Assembly: GCA_964354805.1 (NCBI GenBank)
Contig: CAYHBD010000028.1
Coordinates: 28,246 to 92,245 of the forward strand
DNA length: 64,000 nucleotides
Reading direction: 5' to 3'
DNA from: an uncultured archaeon
GTDB taxonomy: Archaea; Iainarchaeota; Iainarchaeia; Iainarchaeales; GCA-2688035
The notes beneath the pieces were generated by a model. That model was given only the letters and a program-made list of their open reading frames with translations. It searched no databases and was not told the origin of the DNA. Positions within the stretch are counted from its first letter, which is position 1; each line of letters starts with the position of its first letter. A program made the position numbers and the translations under genes. Positions 37,601 through 46,717 of this stretch are shown piece by piece.

Positions 37601-38850
37601 ACGGCTTTGATGGCGTGGTTTACAAGGGCATTATTGAAATAGAGAAGCCTATTGAGGAAAAGGCAGCAGTTATTGAGAAAGAGGATGTTGACAAATTGGA
37701 GAAAGCGCTTGAAAGGGAGCTAAAAGAGGGAGAAAAGCACCTGCCTGGAAAAGCCGCTGTTGCTGTTGAAGAGATTGCTGAAAGAGTGAAAGAGGAAAAA
37801 GACTGGGAGCAGAGGGTTGCAGAGGAAAGGGCTGAAGTGCGGGAAAAAGTTGCTGCTGAAGCACAGGAACTGGTGGAGGAATACGGCGCTGTCAGGGCAG
37901 AGGAAATGCCTGCCGCTGAATTGCTGCAGGAAGAGGAAAAGCTGGTGGATTTGCTGCGCACTATTGCTGTAAAGGTCAAGGTAAATGTTGCCTTGCCTGA
38001 TGCTGCAGAGCAGGCTGCCGCAACAGGCGCTGATGGCGTTGGATTGTTGAGGGCTGAGCACATGATTACTGCTGCGGGAAAGCACCCTGCTGAATTCATC
38101 AGGGAGGGCGAAGAAGAGGAACTGGTTAAAGCAGTGCATGATGGAATAAAGCAGGTTGCTGAACGATTCAAGGGAAAACCGGTTTGGTACAGGACATTTG
38201 ATGCACGCTCAGATGAATTTAGGGAGCTGAAAGGCGGTGAAAAGGAACCGCACGAGGACAACCCAATGCTCGGATGGCATGGGATAAGAAGAGATTTGGA
38301 TGAGCCTGCTTTGCTCAGGGCGCAGTTTAAGGCAATAAGAGAACTGGTTGAAGAAGGCTTTGACAATCTTGGGGTAATGCTGCCGTTTGTTCAAAGCGTT
38401 GAGGAACTGAGAAAAGCCAAGGAAATTGCTGCTGAAAGTGGTTTAGAGAGGGAAAAAGTGCGCTTTGGAGTAATGATTGAAACACCTGCAGCGGTCTGGT
38501 CAATTGACGAATTAATAAAAGAAGGAATTGATTTCGTCAGCTTTGGAACAAACGATTTGACACAACTCACACTTGGAATTGACAGGAACAACGAAAAAAT
38601 CCAGAAACTCTTCAGCGAGCTGCACCCTGCAATTCTGCGGCAGCTGCGCTATGTCATAAAAAAATGCAAGAAGGCAGGCGTGCAGACAAGCATCTGCGGG
38701 CAGGCAGGGAGCAACAAAGAAATGGTCAGGCAGCTGGTGCGCTATGGCATTGACAGCGTTTCAGCAAACATTGACGCAGTCGAAGAAATAAGGCGAACTG
38801 TCCTGATTGAGGAAAAAAAGCTGATTCTGGACAAGGAGCATAAAAAATAG
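34699..38850 (+). CDS. ppsA: Phosphoenolpyruvate synthase, intein-containing (about 863 aa after splicing)
   Basis: GGKGANLGE, RSSATAEDLP/SASFAGQ, QSRP, TCHAAIVSRE, GTNDLTQ. Confidence 0.96.
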   Translation: MLGVDSKEANILWFRQIGKEDIPVVGGKGANLGEMANNNFPVPPGFVVTAKAYFRYLLETGIKDKVIKTADAIDIENNEQLQAESEKIRELIKRTKMGIPLANEIKKAYTQLCEKRLAWLTSSEEEFVAVRSSATAEDLPSISENEQVLVKVNGKPMYDRIGSVYEKIASSTNPKIEVPGMEGNKVEWLRAKSLFRHKANNGTLFKITTATGRQIVVSPNHSLIALDEDRLEPKTVNISEIGKGTRLPVIGLIPSLNCEETIRALDFVKGTDVTEWQGRVMIKNRSSNWKIQNGLPKEIKVTKGFAYFLGHYAAEGSTYKNNGISITNSNFKILEKIESVLRKLGIYNKSKINKYSVRAYCPSMVRFLHETSGKPIEGKKGKGKLCATKRVPDFAFGWSKKNIAAFLRGCFDGDGTVGKGGVSYCTTSEMLAGGMFKLLEILGFGFYVTKKKNFFVISIPLHETEKFNNLVGFEDEGKKNKIKQLIKDYRAREKHPEFKYGITISEKLAEKIMEAIGKKLQKQDVEIAVCKKCGQNAEQSSYYKNKKRYYCINCKKTMYQEGVQLIKTKKYVYFNEKGQFKKSMIPWNYGHMQGKHSLNALKRKTKRYGLENLFEIFEGTVKWDEIKEITPIKYDGFVYDFVVPSTENFAAGFGGIITHNSASFAGQQETFLNIKGQNAVVDAVQRCWASLFTARAIYYRKRNNFETEKVGIAVVVQKMVDSKISGVMFTANPIGDETMMVIEAVFGLGETIVSGSVTPDNYIVDKGSMRLLQKQIHSQEFKLVREGKENVREKLPPAIARKQKLPDKTIIELAKLGKQIESHYKQPQDIEWAIEEKQLLIVQSRPITTLGLKEKVVAAEKRKKQMHELEDKIILRGLAASPGTGTGKARIVLNASQIGKISKGDVLVAKMTTPDWVPAMRKSSAIITDEGGVTCHAAIVSRELGIPCVVGTEKATGIIEDNEIVTVNGFDGVVYKGIIEIEKPIEEKAAVIEKEDVDKLEKALERELKEGEKHLPGKAAVAVEEIAERVKEEKDWEQRVAEERAEVREKVAAEAQELVEEYGAVRAEEMPAAELLQEEEKLVDLLRTIAVKVKVNVALPDAAEQAAATGADGVGLLRAEHMITAAGKHPAEFIREGEEEELVKAVHDGIKQVAERFKGKPVWYRTFDARSDEFRELKGGEKEPHEDNPMLGWHGIRRDLDEPALLRAQFKAIRELVEEGFDNLGVMLPFVQSVEELRKAKEIAAESGLEREKVRFGVMIETPAAVWSIDELIKEGIDFVSFGTNDLTQLTLGIDRNNEKIQKLFSELHPAILRQLRYVIKKCKKAGVQTSICGQAGSNKEMVRQLVRYGIDSVSANIDAVEEIRRTVLIEEKKLILDKEHKK
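35119..36678 (+). mobile_element. Intein (520 aa) with LAGLIDADG endonuclease
   Basis: Interrupts AEDLP|SASFAGQ; begins Ser, block B SPNHS, block F VYDFVV, ends THN followed by Ser+1; FLGHYAAEG and FLRGCFDGDG. Confidence 0.95.
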
Positions 38851-38882
38851 TTAAATAACCTTTTTGGCGAAAATTGTTTCTT

Positions 38883-39884
38883 ATGCTGCAACTGGATTTG
38901 GGCAAAGCCGTTGAAGAAATAAAGAAAAGGAAAGCAAAAACCGTTGCATTGCAGGTTCCGGAAGGATTGAAAACAAGGCTGGCGGAAATTGCAAGGGAAA
39001 TTGAAGGGAAAAGCGGCGCAACTGTTTTTTCTTTCATTGACCCATGCTTTGGCGCATGCGATGCTGCGGATGAAAGAGCGAAAGCGCTTGGCGCTGACCT
39101 GCTGCTGCACTTTGGGCACAGCCCTTTTCTCTCAAAGCACGCTGTTGAAACAGTTTTTCTGCCCCTAAGCTATGAGTTGGACAAAAAAAAGATGCATTTT
39201 TTGGTTAAAAAATTATCTGATTTGCTGCGAAAAGAAAACGCGAAAAAAATTGTGTTGGCTACGACAATCCAATATCTCCCTTATCTGGAATTTCTGAAAA
39301 AAAAATTGCGGAAAAACAAATTTGCAGTATTCATCGGAAAGGGCAGAAACATAAGCAACGGGCAGCTGCTCGGATGCAATTACAGCGCGGTGAAAAACGT
39401 TGCTGAAAAAGCCGATGCAATTGTTTTTCTCGGCGACGGCCTGTTCCATCCCCTTGGGATTTCATTCTGCTGCAGCAAGCCTGTTTTCATCCTGAACCCG
39501 CTGCAAGAGGAAGTTAAGCTGCTGCTCAAAGAACATGACTTGTTTCTGCGCAAGCGCATTGCAATGATTGAGAAAGCAAAGCAAGCAAAGAGCATTGCAA
39601 TCTGGGTCAGCAGCAAAAGAGGACAGCAGAGAATGCAGCTGGCAATTGAACTGCGCAAAAAGATTGAAGCAAAAGGAAAAAAGGCACTTGTTTTTGTTTC
39701 AGACCTGCTGCTCCCTGATTATTTGCTCGGAGTGCAGATTGAAGCAATTGTAAGCACAGCCTGCCCGCGCATTGCATTGGATGACAGCAGCCTGTTCAAG
39801 CAGCCGATTGTGAATCCAAGCGAAATGCTGGTTGCGCTTGGCGAGAAAAAGCTGCTACAATACTGCTTTGAAGAGCTGCTGTAA
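38883..39884 (+). CDS. dph2: Diphthamide biosynthesis enzyme Dph2
   Basis: QVPEGLK, CFGACD, HFGH, GQLLGC, TACPRI. Confidence 0.93.
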   Translation: MLQLDLGKAVEEIKKRKAKTVALQVPEGLKTRLAEIAREIEGKSGATVFSFIDPCFGACDAADERAKALGADLLLHFGHSPFLSKHAVETVFLPLSYELDKKKMHFLVKKLSDLLRKENAKKIVLATTIQYLPYLEFLKKKLRKNKFAVFIGKGRNISNGQLLGCNYSAVKNVAEKADAIVFLGDGLFHPLGISFCCSKPVFILNPLQEEVKLLLKEHDLFLRKRIAMIEKAKQAKSIAIWVSSKRGQQRMQLAIELRKKIEAKGKKALVFVSDLLLPDYLLGVQIEAIVSTACPRIALDDSSLFKQPIVNPSEMLVALGEKKLLQYCFEELL

Positions 39885-39932
39885 GGAAAAAAAATTGCAA
39901 TAAAATTTAATCGGAAAATTATTACAAAAAAA

Positions 39933-40877
39933 TTATATGTCAATTTCTTCCGGATTTATTTCGTCTTCTTCCTCATCAAGGATTTGCCGCTTCTTGTCCG
40001 CAGCGCTGCGCTTTCTTCTGGTAATCTTGCGCCTTTGCTGCGCTTCCTCTTCCTCTTCTTCTGCTTCAACTGATTCAACAGGGATTCTTTCCCCCTCAAC
40101 GGATTCCCTTACAACAGTTCCCCTGAATTCCTGCCCCCTGATTGCTGATTTAAAGTTTTCCAAATCTTTTCCGTTCAGGAAAAACGCCGGGATTTTGCTT
40201 CTCCTAAGAATCATTGCCGCAGGCAGGTCAACAACAAGGTTCTGCCCTGGCTGCATTGCGCTAAGCTTCACAATGCTCAAAAGCCTGTCGTAAGAAAGTT
40301 CCGGGTAAAAGCGCGCGCCTGGGTTTGTTGCAGGGTCAGCACTGTACACACCATCAACATTGCTCAGGTTAACGAATGTTGCATGCAGGAACTCTGCAAT
40401 CAAAGCGGCAACAGCATCGGTTGTCAGGCCAGGCAGCAGGCCGCCAAAAACAGGGGTCTTGCCTCTTTCAAGAACAGCAGCTGCTTCCTTCACATCGGTT
40501 AGAATGCGCTGTTCCGCGTTCTCAATTGAAACAGCAAGCAATGCAGCGTTTGCCCTTGTAATATCAATTCCCAAAAGGTCCTGCTGGAACATGCTTGCCC
40601 CAAGGGTTTTTGCGGCAGAAATGTATTCCCTTGCAACCTTGCCTCCGCCTACAACCACAACAAAGTGGCTACCATCCCTGATCAAATCATTCAGGCATTC
40701 AGAGAACTTTGCAATTGCCGTAACAGAGGGCTTTCCGTCAATTAAAATGCTGCCGCCGACGCTTAAAACAAAAACATTGCCGAATGGAACAGCAGCCGTT
40801 GGCTGGGTCTGCGCTGCGCCCTCCCGCTGCTTTTCTTCATTGAAGATTTGGAACATGTCTGGAAACATTTCTTTCAC
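39933..40877 (-). CDS. pyrH: Uridylate kinase with N- and C-terminal extensions
   Basis: SVGGS, VVGGG..AR.YI, D.LGI, PG.TTDAVAA, NVDGVY..DP. Confidence 0.92.
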   Translation of the reverse strand: MKEMFPDMFQIFNEEKQREGAAQTQPTAAVPFGNVFVLSVGGSILIDGKPSVTAIAKFSECLNDLIRDGSHFVVVVGGGKVAREYISAAKTLGASMFQQDLLGIDITRANAALLAVSIENAEQRILTDVKEAAAVLERGKTPVFGGLLPGLTTDAVAALIAEFLHATFVNLSNVDGVYSADPATNPGARFYPELSYDRLLSIVKLSAMQPGQNLVVDLPAAMILRRSKIPAFFLNGKDLENFKSAIRGQEFRGTVVRESVEGERIPVESVEAEEEEEEAQQRRKITRRKRSAADKKRQILDEEEDEINPEEIDI

Positions 40878-40972
40878 TTTTTTACAAGCAGTAATTTTAA
40901 TTGCATTTATTTTATTAATGTTGTTAGGCTTTATTTACTTATTGGTTCAAATCGAATTTTTGGTGCAGCAAC

Positions 40973-42226
40973 ATGCCAAAAGCAAGGATTGAGGAAATAA
41001 GTGAGGCAGAGCTGGCGGTATTCAAAAAGAAACTGCGAAAGCTTGCCCAGTTTAAGGGCAGGGGAACTGAAATGATTTCGCTTTATCTGCCGCCTGATGT
41101 AGACAGGAGTACAGTCACAGGCCAGCTTACAGAGGAAATGTCGCAGAGCAGCAACATAAAGAGCCCCACCACAAGAAAGAACGTGCAGGGCGCGCTGAGA
41201 AGGATCCAGAATTTTCTGAAAGTGATTGACTTCAAGCTGCCTGCTTATGGCCTGGTTGTATTCTGCGGAAACATAAGCGAAAAAGAGGGCAGAAGCGACA
41301 TACAGCTGTTTACATTGAAGCCTATAAAACAGTTGAAAGTGAAATTGTACTGGTGCGATGACGAATTCCATCTTGCCCCATTGCAGGAAATGGCTGCGCC
41401 AAGCGACATTTTCGGCATTCTTGCAATCGACAAAAACGAGGCAACAATCGCAATGCTGATCGGAAAGAAATACGAAATACTGGGAAAATTCACTTCAGGC
41501 ATAAGCGGAAAACACCATGCAGGAGGTCAGAGTGCTGCCCGTTTCGAGCGCCTGCATGAAGAGGCAGTGCACGAATTCTATAAGAGAATTGCTGAAAAAA
41601 TGAACGAAATATTTTTGCCGCACGAAAGCAAGATAAAGGGAATTCTGGTTTCAGGACCTGGCATTACAAAAAACTATTTCCTGAACCAGAAATTGCTCGA
41701 CCACAGGATTGAAGCAAAAGTCATTGGAACAGTTGATACAAGTTATACCGACGAGAGCGGCATCAGGGAAACGGTGAACAAAAGCGATGAATTGCTTAAG
41801 GATGCGGAAATCACAAAGGAAAGAAGCATTGTGAACAATTTTCTGGGCGAAATAGTGAAGCCAGGCGGCCTGGCTGCCTACGGCCAGAAAGAGGTTGAGG
41901 AAGCGCTTGCAGTCGGCAAGGTTTCAGTGCTTCTGCTGAGCGAGGCAATCGAGTGGCAGGTTTTCAAATTCAAATGCAACAAGTGCGGCAACGAGGAAGA
42001 GGTATTTGTAAAAGAGCCGCTGCGCTTTGACGAAGGCAGCTACAAGTGCAGCAAATGCAAAAGCGGCCAGATTGAATTGCTTGAGCAGGTTGACTACATT
42101 GACTGGGCAATGGAGAAAGCAGAAAACATTGCAGCGGAAACAAGAGTAATCAGCACTGACACAGCCGAAGGCGAACAATTCTACAAGGGCTTCGGCGGAA
42201 TCGGCGCAATACTGCGATACAGGTAA
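40973..42226 (+). CDS. prf1: Peptide chain release factor aRF1
   Basis: NIKS, YWCDD.F, GGQS, GFGGIGAILRY. Confidence 0.97.
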   Translation: MPKARIEEISEAELAVFKKKLRKLAQFKGRGTEMISLYLPPDVDRSTVTGQLTEEMSQSSNIKSPTTRKNVQGALRRIQNFLKVIDFKLPAYGLVVFCGNISEKEGRSDIQLFTLKPIKQLKVKLYWCDDEFHLAPLQEMAAPSDIFGILAIDKNEATIAMLIGKKYEILGKFTSGISGKHHAGGQSAARFERLHEEAVHEFYKRIAEKMNEIFLPHESKIKGILVSGPGITKNYFLNQKLLDHRIEAKVIGTVDTSYTDESGIRETVNKSDELLKDAEITKERSIVNNFLGEIVKPGGLAAYGQKEVEEALAVGKVSVLLLSEAIEWQVFKFKCNKCGNEEEVFVKEPLRFDEGSYKCSKCKSGQIELLEQVDYIDWAMEKAENIAAETRVISTDTAEGEQFYKGFGGIGAILRYR

Positions 42227-42282
42227 TGAAACTGGCGGCTTTGTGACAGGTTAGGCATAAAACCAATTTTATATGGGTTTTA

Positions 42283-42873
42283 CTAGTAGTGCGGAAAGAT
42301 GCTGTCCCCATTAATTCCAAACCTTTTTGTATCTGAAAGGAGTATTTTCAAAAGACTGGTTGCAATCAGCTTTTTTTTTCCTTCAGGCATTGCACGTATT
42401 TTCTCCCTCAACTTTTTGAGGGATATTTGTGCTATTTCAAAAAAAACAGGGGTCTTTTTTCGAAAACCAATGTTCATTGCCTTGAGGTTTGCTGTAATCC
42501 CGCTTTCCTTTTCTATTTTTTCCAAAATAGGCAGTGCTTTCAAACGAACTCTTGTAGCATGGTTAACATATGCTGTTGAATAACCGCTCCGATGATAGTA
42601 CAATTTTATTGCTTTTTGGCTTGGTCTGTCAACCTTAACCCACTCTGAAAAAGTGGTTTTTTTGTCAAGCCCGCTTGTTATTATTCTTGGAAAATTTTTT
42701 GGATACAGCAAATTTGCCAGACAAATGGCTGCAGAATAAGATTTTGGAAGCGGTTCCCAAGCTTTTCTTTGCACGACGCTGCGTGCCCTGAAACCAAGTT
42801 TTTTTGTTTCGCGCCTTCCAAGAACTTTGACAACAGCATGGTCTGCCTCAAACTTGAATTTCCTGCCCGGCAT
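42283..42873 (-). CDS. Hypothetical Arg/Lys-rich orphan protein
   Basis: 196-aa ATG ORF; TTTAATAGGT about 27 nt upstream. Confidence 0.7.
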   Translation of the reverse strand: MPGRKFKFEADHAVVKVLGRRETKKLGFRARSVVQRKAWEPLPKSYSAAICLANLLYPKNFPRIITSGLDKKTTFSEWVKVDRPSQKAIKLYYHRSGYSTAYVNHATRVRLKALPILEKIEKESGITANLKAMNIGFRKKTPVFFEIAQISLKKLREKIRAMPEGKKKLIATSLLKILLSDTKRFGINGDSIFPHY

Positions 42874-42927
42874 AATAAACTAATAAAACTATACCTATTA
42901 AATTAATTGTTTTGGGCAAGTGTTGTT

Positions 42928-44166
42928 ATGGCAGTTTACTCTACTTCTTGCGCTGGCATCGGCGGTCAGATAAAGCGGCGTTACAGCGATTTTATTGTGG
43001 AAGAGGTGCAGAGAAACGGAACTGTCTGCAAGGTGGAGAGATTTGCGGACGGGGGAACGCATTTGGAAGAGAGGCTTATTGTGCCGGAAAACAAGAAGGG
43101 GGAAGAGCAGCTGTTGTTGGATTTGGAGAAAATCAATTGCGATTTGAATTTCTGCATAAGCAAAATCACGCGCTTCCTGCAGTGCAGCAGGAAAAGGATT
43201 GGCTATGCCGGAATGAAGGACAAGAGGGCAGTAACCAGCCAGAGAATCAGCATCTTCAGCCCGGATTTGGAAAGGCTGCAGCAGTTCGGAAGCAGGGGAA
43301 TGCAGCTCAGGAACCCGGAGTGGAGCAATGAAAGGATTGACCTGGGAATGCTCAAGGGAAACAGGTTCCTGATTACAATCAGGGACATTGCACTTGAAGA
43401 AAAAGAAGTGAAGAAGAGAATCAATGCCTGCTTTAAGGAAATGAAAACAGGGATTGCAAACTATTTTGGCGAGCAGCGCTTTGGCGGCATAAGGGAGATA
43501 ACGCATCTGGTTGGAAGGGAATTCGCAAAAGGAAATGCAAAGGGAGCTGTAATGCTTTACCTTGCCAAGGCTGATGAAAGGGAGGAAGAGGATGTAAAGA
43601 GCGCAAGGAAGCAGCTGGCTGCCACAGGCGATTTCAGCGAGGCAACCAAATTGTTTCCGGTGAAATACAGGTATGAGAGGGCAATCATCCACCATTTGTG
43701 CAAATACCCGAACGATTTTGTAGGCGCTTTTGGAAAGCTGCCAAAGCAATTGCGTTATCTTTTCACGCACGCGTACCAGAGTTATCTGTTCAACAAGGTG
43801 ATTGATGAAAGGTTCAGGCAGGGAATCGGTTTAAAAAAGGTTAAAGGCGATATTCTAATTGAAAAACAGCCAAGCGCGGCTTTGTTTGGCTTTGAAAGCG
43901 TTCTTGCCGAAGGGAAAGCGGGAGAAATTGAAAAGAAGGTTTTGCAGGAAGAGGGAATTGAACTGCAGAATTTCAAGGTAAGGCAGATGCCAGAGTTGTC
44001 AAGCAAGGGAGCAAGGAGAAGCATTGTCATGCAGCCGAAAAAAATGAAACTGCTTAAAATCGGGCAGGATGAATTCTATCCGGGAAAGATTTGCGCTGCT
44101 GTTTCATTCGAGCTGCCGAAGGGAACATACGCAACAACAGTTTTAAGGGAATTGATGAAGGTGTAA
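42928..44166 (+). CDS. truD: tRNA pseudouridine(13) synthase TruD
   Basis: DFIVEE, YAGMKDKRAVTSQ, GNRF, NYFGEQRFG, AYQSYLFN, LPKGTYAT. Confidence 0.96.
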   Translation: MAVYSTSCAGIGGQIKRRYSDFIVEEVQRNGTVCKVERFADGGTHLEERLIVPENKKGEEQLLLDLEKINCDLNFCISKITRFLQCSRKRIGYAGMKDKRAVTSQRISIFSPDLERLQQFGSRGMQLRNPEWSNERIDLGMLKGNRFLITIRDIALEEKEVKKRINACFKEMKTGIANYFGEQRFGGIREITHLVGREFAKGNAKGAVMLYLAKADEREEEDVKSARKQLAATGDFSEATKLFPVKYRYERAIIHHLCKYPNDFVGAFGKLPKQLRYLFTHAYQSYLFNKVIDERFRQGIGLKKVKGDILIEKQPSAALFGFESVLAEGKAGEIEKKVLQEEGIELQNFKVRQMPELSSKGARRSIVMQPKKMKLLKIGQDEFYPGKICAAVSFELPKGTYATTVLRELMKV

Positions 44167-44226
44167 GAGCAGGGAATGAAAGCAATAGAATTATTATTGG
44201 TTTTAAGGGAGCTAATGAAGGTGTAA
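44140..44226 (+). repeat. Gene-end echo of truD
   Basis: 44140-44166 vs 44200-44226, 24/27 identical; both encode VLRELMKV*. Confidence 0.9.
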
Positions 44227-44228
44227 AA

Positions 44229-45194
44229 ATGTCTTTGCTGCTGGCCACATTTTTTTCAATCTCGTTCATTATTTCAATCTCAGCTGTTGCAATTGTTGCA
44301 AAAGAAAACAGGAAAAGGGGCATTGCCGGAATTGATGTAAACAAGGCCGACAAAAGAGAGCTGCCTGAAAGCGCCGGCATTGCACTGCTCGCTCCCCTAT
44401 GGACAGCAATTATAATGTTTAATTGGTTTATTGCCGAAAACACGGGCTTCATAGCGTTTGGCTTGGCTATTTCGGTTTTGTCCATAATCGGATTATTGGA
44501 CGACAGAAAGCACAAGTTTAAGGTAAGGCCTGTTGGCCTGGCAAGCAGGGCGGTTCTTGTAGGGCTTCTCTGCATAATGTTCGCAATGTTTTTCGCGCCC
44601 AGCATTTTTTGGCTGCTGCCCTTTGCTTTGTTCATTGGAGGGCTTGCTGCCTTTGAAAACACTTTCGCAGGCCTGAACGGCTGGGAAGTGGGCAGCGGAT
44701 TCATAATAGCCTGCTTTGTTGCAGCGCTGCTTTCGCCAATAGGACCAATGCCGATTGGCATTGCATTGGTCGGCGCAATAGCAGGCTTGCTTGTTTTCAA
44801 CATTTTTCCGGCAAAGGTTTTTCCAGGGGACAGCGGCACAATGCTGATTGGAGCAAGCATTGCCTGCCTGGTTATACTGAACCAGAGCATTCCACTGATG
44901 TTTCTGACTGCATTGTTTTTTTTGCCGCATGCGATTGATTTCTTTTTGCTCAAGCTGCTGACAAATCCGCATGATGTGAGCCAGAGCAAGCAACTGCCTT
45001 ATGCTTTAGGGGCTGACAAAAGGCTGCGCATTCCGGCGAAAAAAGGCGAGAAAGCAGGATACGATTTCGCGAAAATGCTTTTGCGCCTGCTTGGCCCAAT
45101 GCAGGAATGGAAGGTTGTTGCACTTATCTGGGCAATTGTTGCAGCAAACTGCCTTTTTTGGGTTATTGTGTTCCAATTTCTTAAATTGATTTGA
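44229..45194 (+). CDS. Polyprenyl-phosphate GlcNAc-1-P transferase (MraY/GPT family, AglH-like)
   Basis: GIDVNK...LPESAG, GLLDD, N.FAGLNG.E, FPAKVFPGDSGT. Confidence 0.88.
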   Translation: MSLLLATFFSISFIISISAVAIVAKENRKRGIAGIDVNKADKRELPESAGIALLAPLWTAIIMFNWFIAENTGFIAFGLAISVLSIIGLLDDRKHKFKVRPVGLASRAVLVGLLCIMFAMFFAPSIFWLLPFALFIGGLAAFENTFAGLNGWEVGSGFIIACFVAALLSPIGPMPIGIALVGAIAGLLVFNIFPAKVFPGDSGTMLIGASIACLVILNQSIPLMFLTALFFLPHAIDFFLLKLLTNPHDVSQSKQLPYALGADKRLRIPAKKGEKAGYDFAKMLLRLLGPMQEWKVVALIWAIVAANCLFWVIVFQFLKLI

Positions 45195-45259
45195 TTTTAA
45201 GCCCGTTGGTTATTTTTAAAACATATATTTAAAAAAATCAACAGAACAACAATTAGCTT

Positions 45260-45610
45260 ATGGCAGGGTCAAGGTTCCACAGAAAAGGGGGAGCACCAGG
45301 CGCTTTTGGAGAATTTGTTCAAGGCGGAAAAGGCATACAACGCAAACCGATTCGCATAGAACCAACGAGACAGAATAGCTCTCTTCCTGATTTAAACCAA
45401 GCCGAAAAAAAATTGAAAGAATTGGCTGCCCTGGCACAAACAAACCCCCTGGCTTTCAGGGCAAGATACAAAGACTCGCTAAGAAAAAACATTAAATTAT
45501 TAAGAGAAAGAATAAGGACAGACATATCAATGCATGATGGCAAGGAATATCACGTAACCAGATTGAGAAGATATGAAAGCCAGCTGCAAGAAGAAGAACA
45601 GAAAGGCTGA
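45260..45610 (+). CDS. Hypothetical basic orphan protein
   Basis: 116-aa ATG ORF; TTTAAAAA about 27 nt upstream. Confidence 0.65.
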   Translation: MAGSRFHRKGGAPGAFGEFVQGGKGIQRKPIRIEPTRQNSSLPDLNQAEKKLKELAALAQTNPLAFRARYKDSLRKNIKLLRERIRTDISMHDGKEYHVTRLRRYESQLQEEEQKG

Positions 45611-45670
45611 AACCCATTTGCAAAAAACAAGCTTACAATTATCGGGACAGCCAGCCCAATTGAACTATAA

Positions 45671-46639
45671 CTATTTTTTCGCAAACAGCATGCCGTAAAC
45701 AGCCATGCTTGCGATTGTTGGAATAATCAGGCGAACCGAATCAAAGAGGATTATAATTGCCGCAATCTGGCTTAGGCTCAATTGTGCTGCTGTAAAGGAC
45801 TGCATGCTCAGGAATGCAAAACCCACTGCTTCAACAGCCCCAATGCCCTGCGGAAGAAAAGGCGTTCTCTCAAGAATAATCAGCAGGCTGAACAGCAGTG
45901 TTGCGCTGTATAAAGGAATCATTGTGTTTGCTGAGAGAAAACAGGAAAGGAATGCGGCGAATTCCAGCAGCAATGACACAAGGGAAAGCAAAGCGATTAA
46001 GGCAATTGTGCTTTTTTTCTGTTTTTGCAGATAGATGCTGTATTTCTGGAAATAATCAGCTAACCTGCCGAACATATGCAGTTTTTTTGCCACTGCCCTG
46101 AACATGCCGGCAATCATTAACCCGATTTTTTTGTGCAGTGGCAGCAGGAACAGCAATGTTGCAATTGCAACAACGGCAAATCCGCTCAGCATTGCTGCCT
46201 TAATCCAGGCGCTTAAAGCAGGATTGAACAAGGCTGAAAAGAAAGCAAAGGAAGCAAGCAATGCAATGAAAAAAAACTTTAGCCCCTTTACAACCATTGA
46301 AGCTGAGATTGTTTCACTGTATGGAACAGCCGCAACCTCTTTCAATTTAATTGAACGCAATGCATCAGCACCAATTTGAACCGGTGTCAATGAAGCGAAA
46401 AAGCAGCTGAACCCAATCGGCATTGACCTGCTGCTGCTGACTCCGCTGCTTTTCAGCAGCATTGCCCATCCAACAAGCCAGATTAGGATGCTCAAAAGGA
46501 AAAAAGCTGCTGCGAGCGCAAAGAAAACAGGGTTTGCCTGGCTCAATGCGCTTGCAGCATCAGTAAGCGATGCAAGCACTGCCAAGAGCGCTGCAACAGC
46601 GAAAAGCAGAACAAGCGCGTTTTTAACCTGCCCCTGCAT
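45671..46639 (-). CDS. Flippase-like membrane protein (lysylphosphatidylglycerol synthase TM / UPF0104 family)
   Basis: TP.QIGAD.LR, PFLPQGIGAVE, multiple TM segments. Confidence 0.82.
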   Translation of the reverse strand: MQGQVKNALVLLFAVAALLAVLASLTDAASALSQANPVFFALAAAFFLLSILIWLVGWAMLLKSSGVSSSRSMPIGFSCFFASLTPVQIGADALRSIKLKEVAAVPYSETISASMVVKGLKFFFIALLASFAFFSALFNPALSAWIKAAMLSGFAVVAIATLLFLLPLHKKIGLMIAGMFRAVAKKLHMFGRLADYFQKYSIYLQKQKKSTIALIALLSLVSLLLEFAAFLSCFLSANTMIPLYSATLLFSLLIILERTPFLPQGIGAVEAVGFAFLSMQSFTAAQLSLSQIAAIIILFDSVRLIIPTIASMAVYGMLFAKK

Positions 46640-46655
46640 AAAAAATCAAACTCAG

Positions 46656-46717
46656 TTATTGCGTTTTGCCGAAAACATCCTGCCTGTCATTGCGTTTTGC
46701 CAAGAACATCCCGCCTG
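46656..46717 (-). repeat. Gene-end echo, adjacent tandem with 31-bp period
   Basis: 46687-46717 vs 46656-46686, 27/31 identical; TGA vs TAA. Confidence 0.92.
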
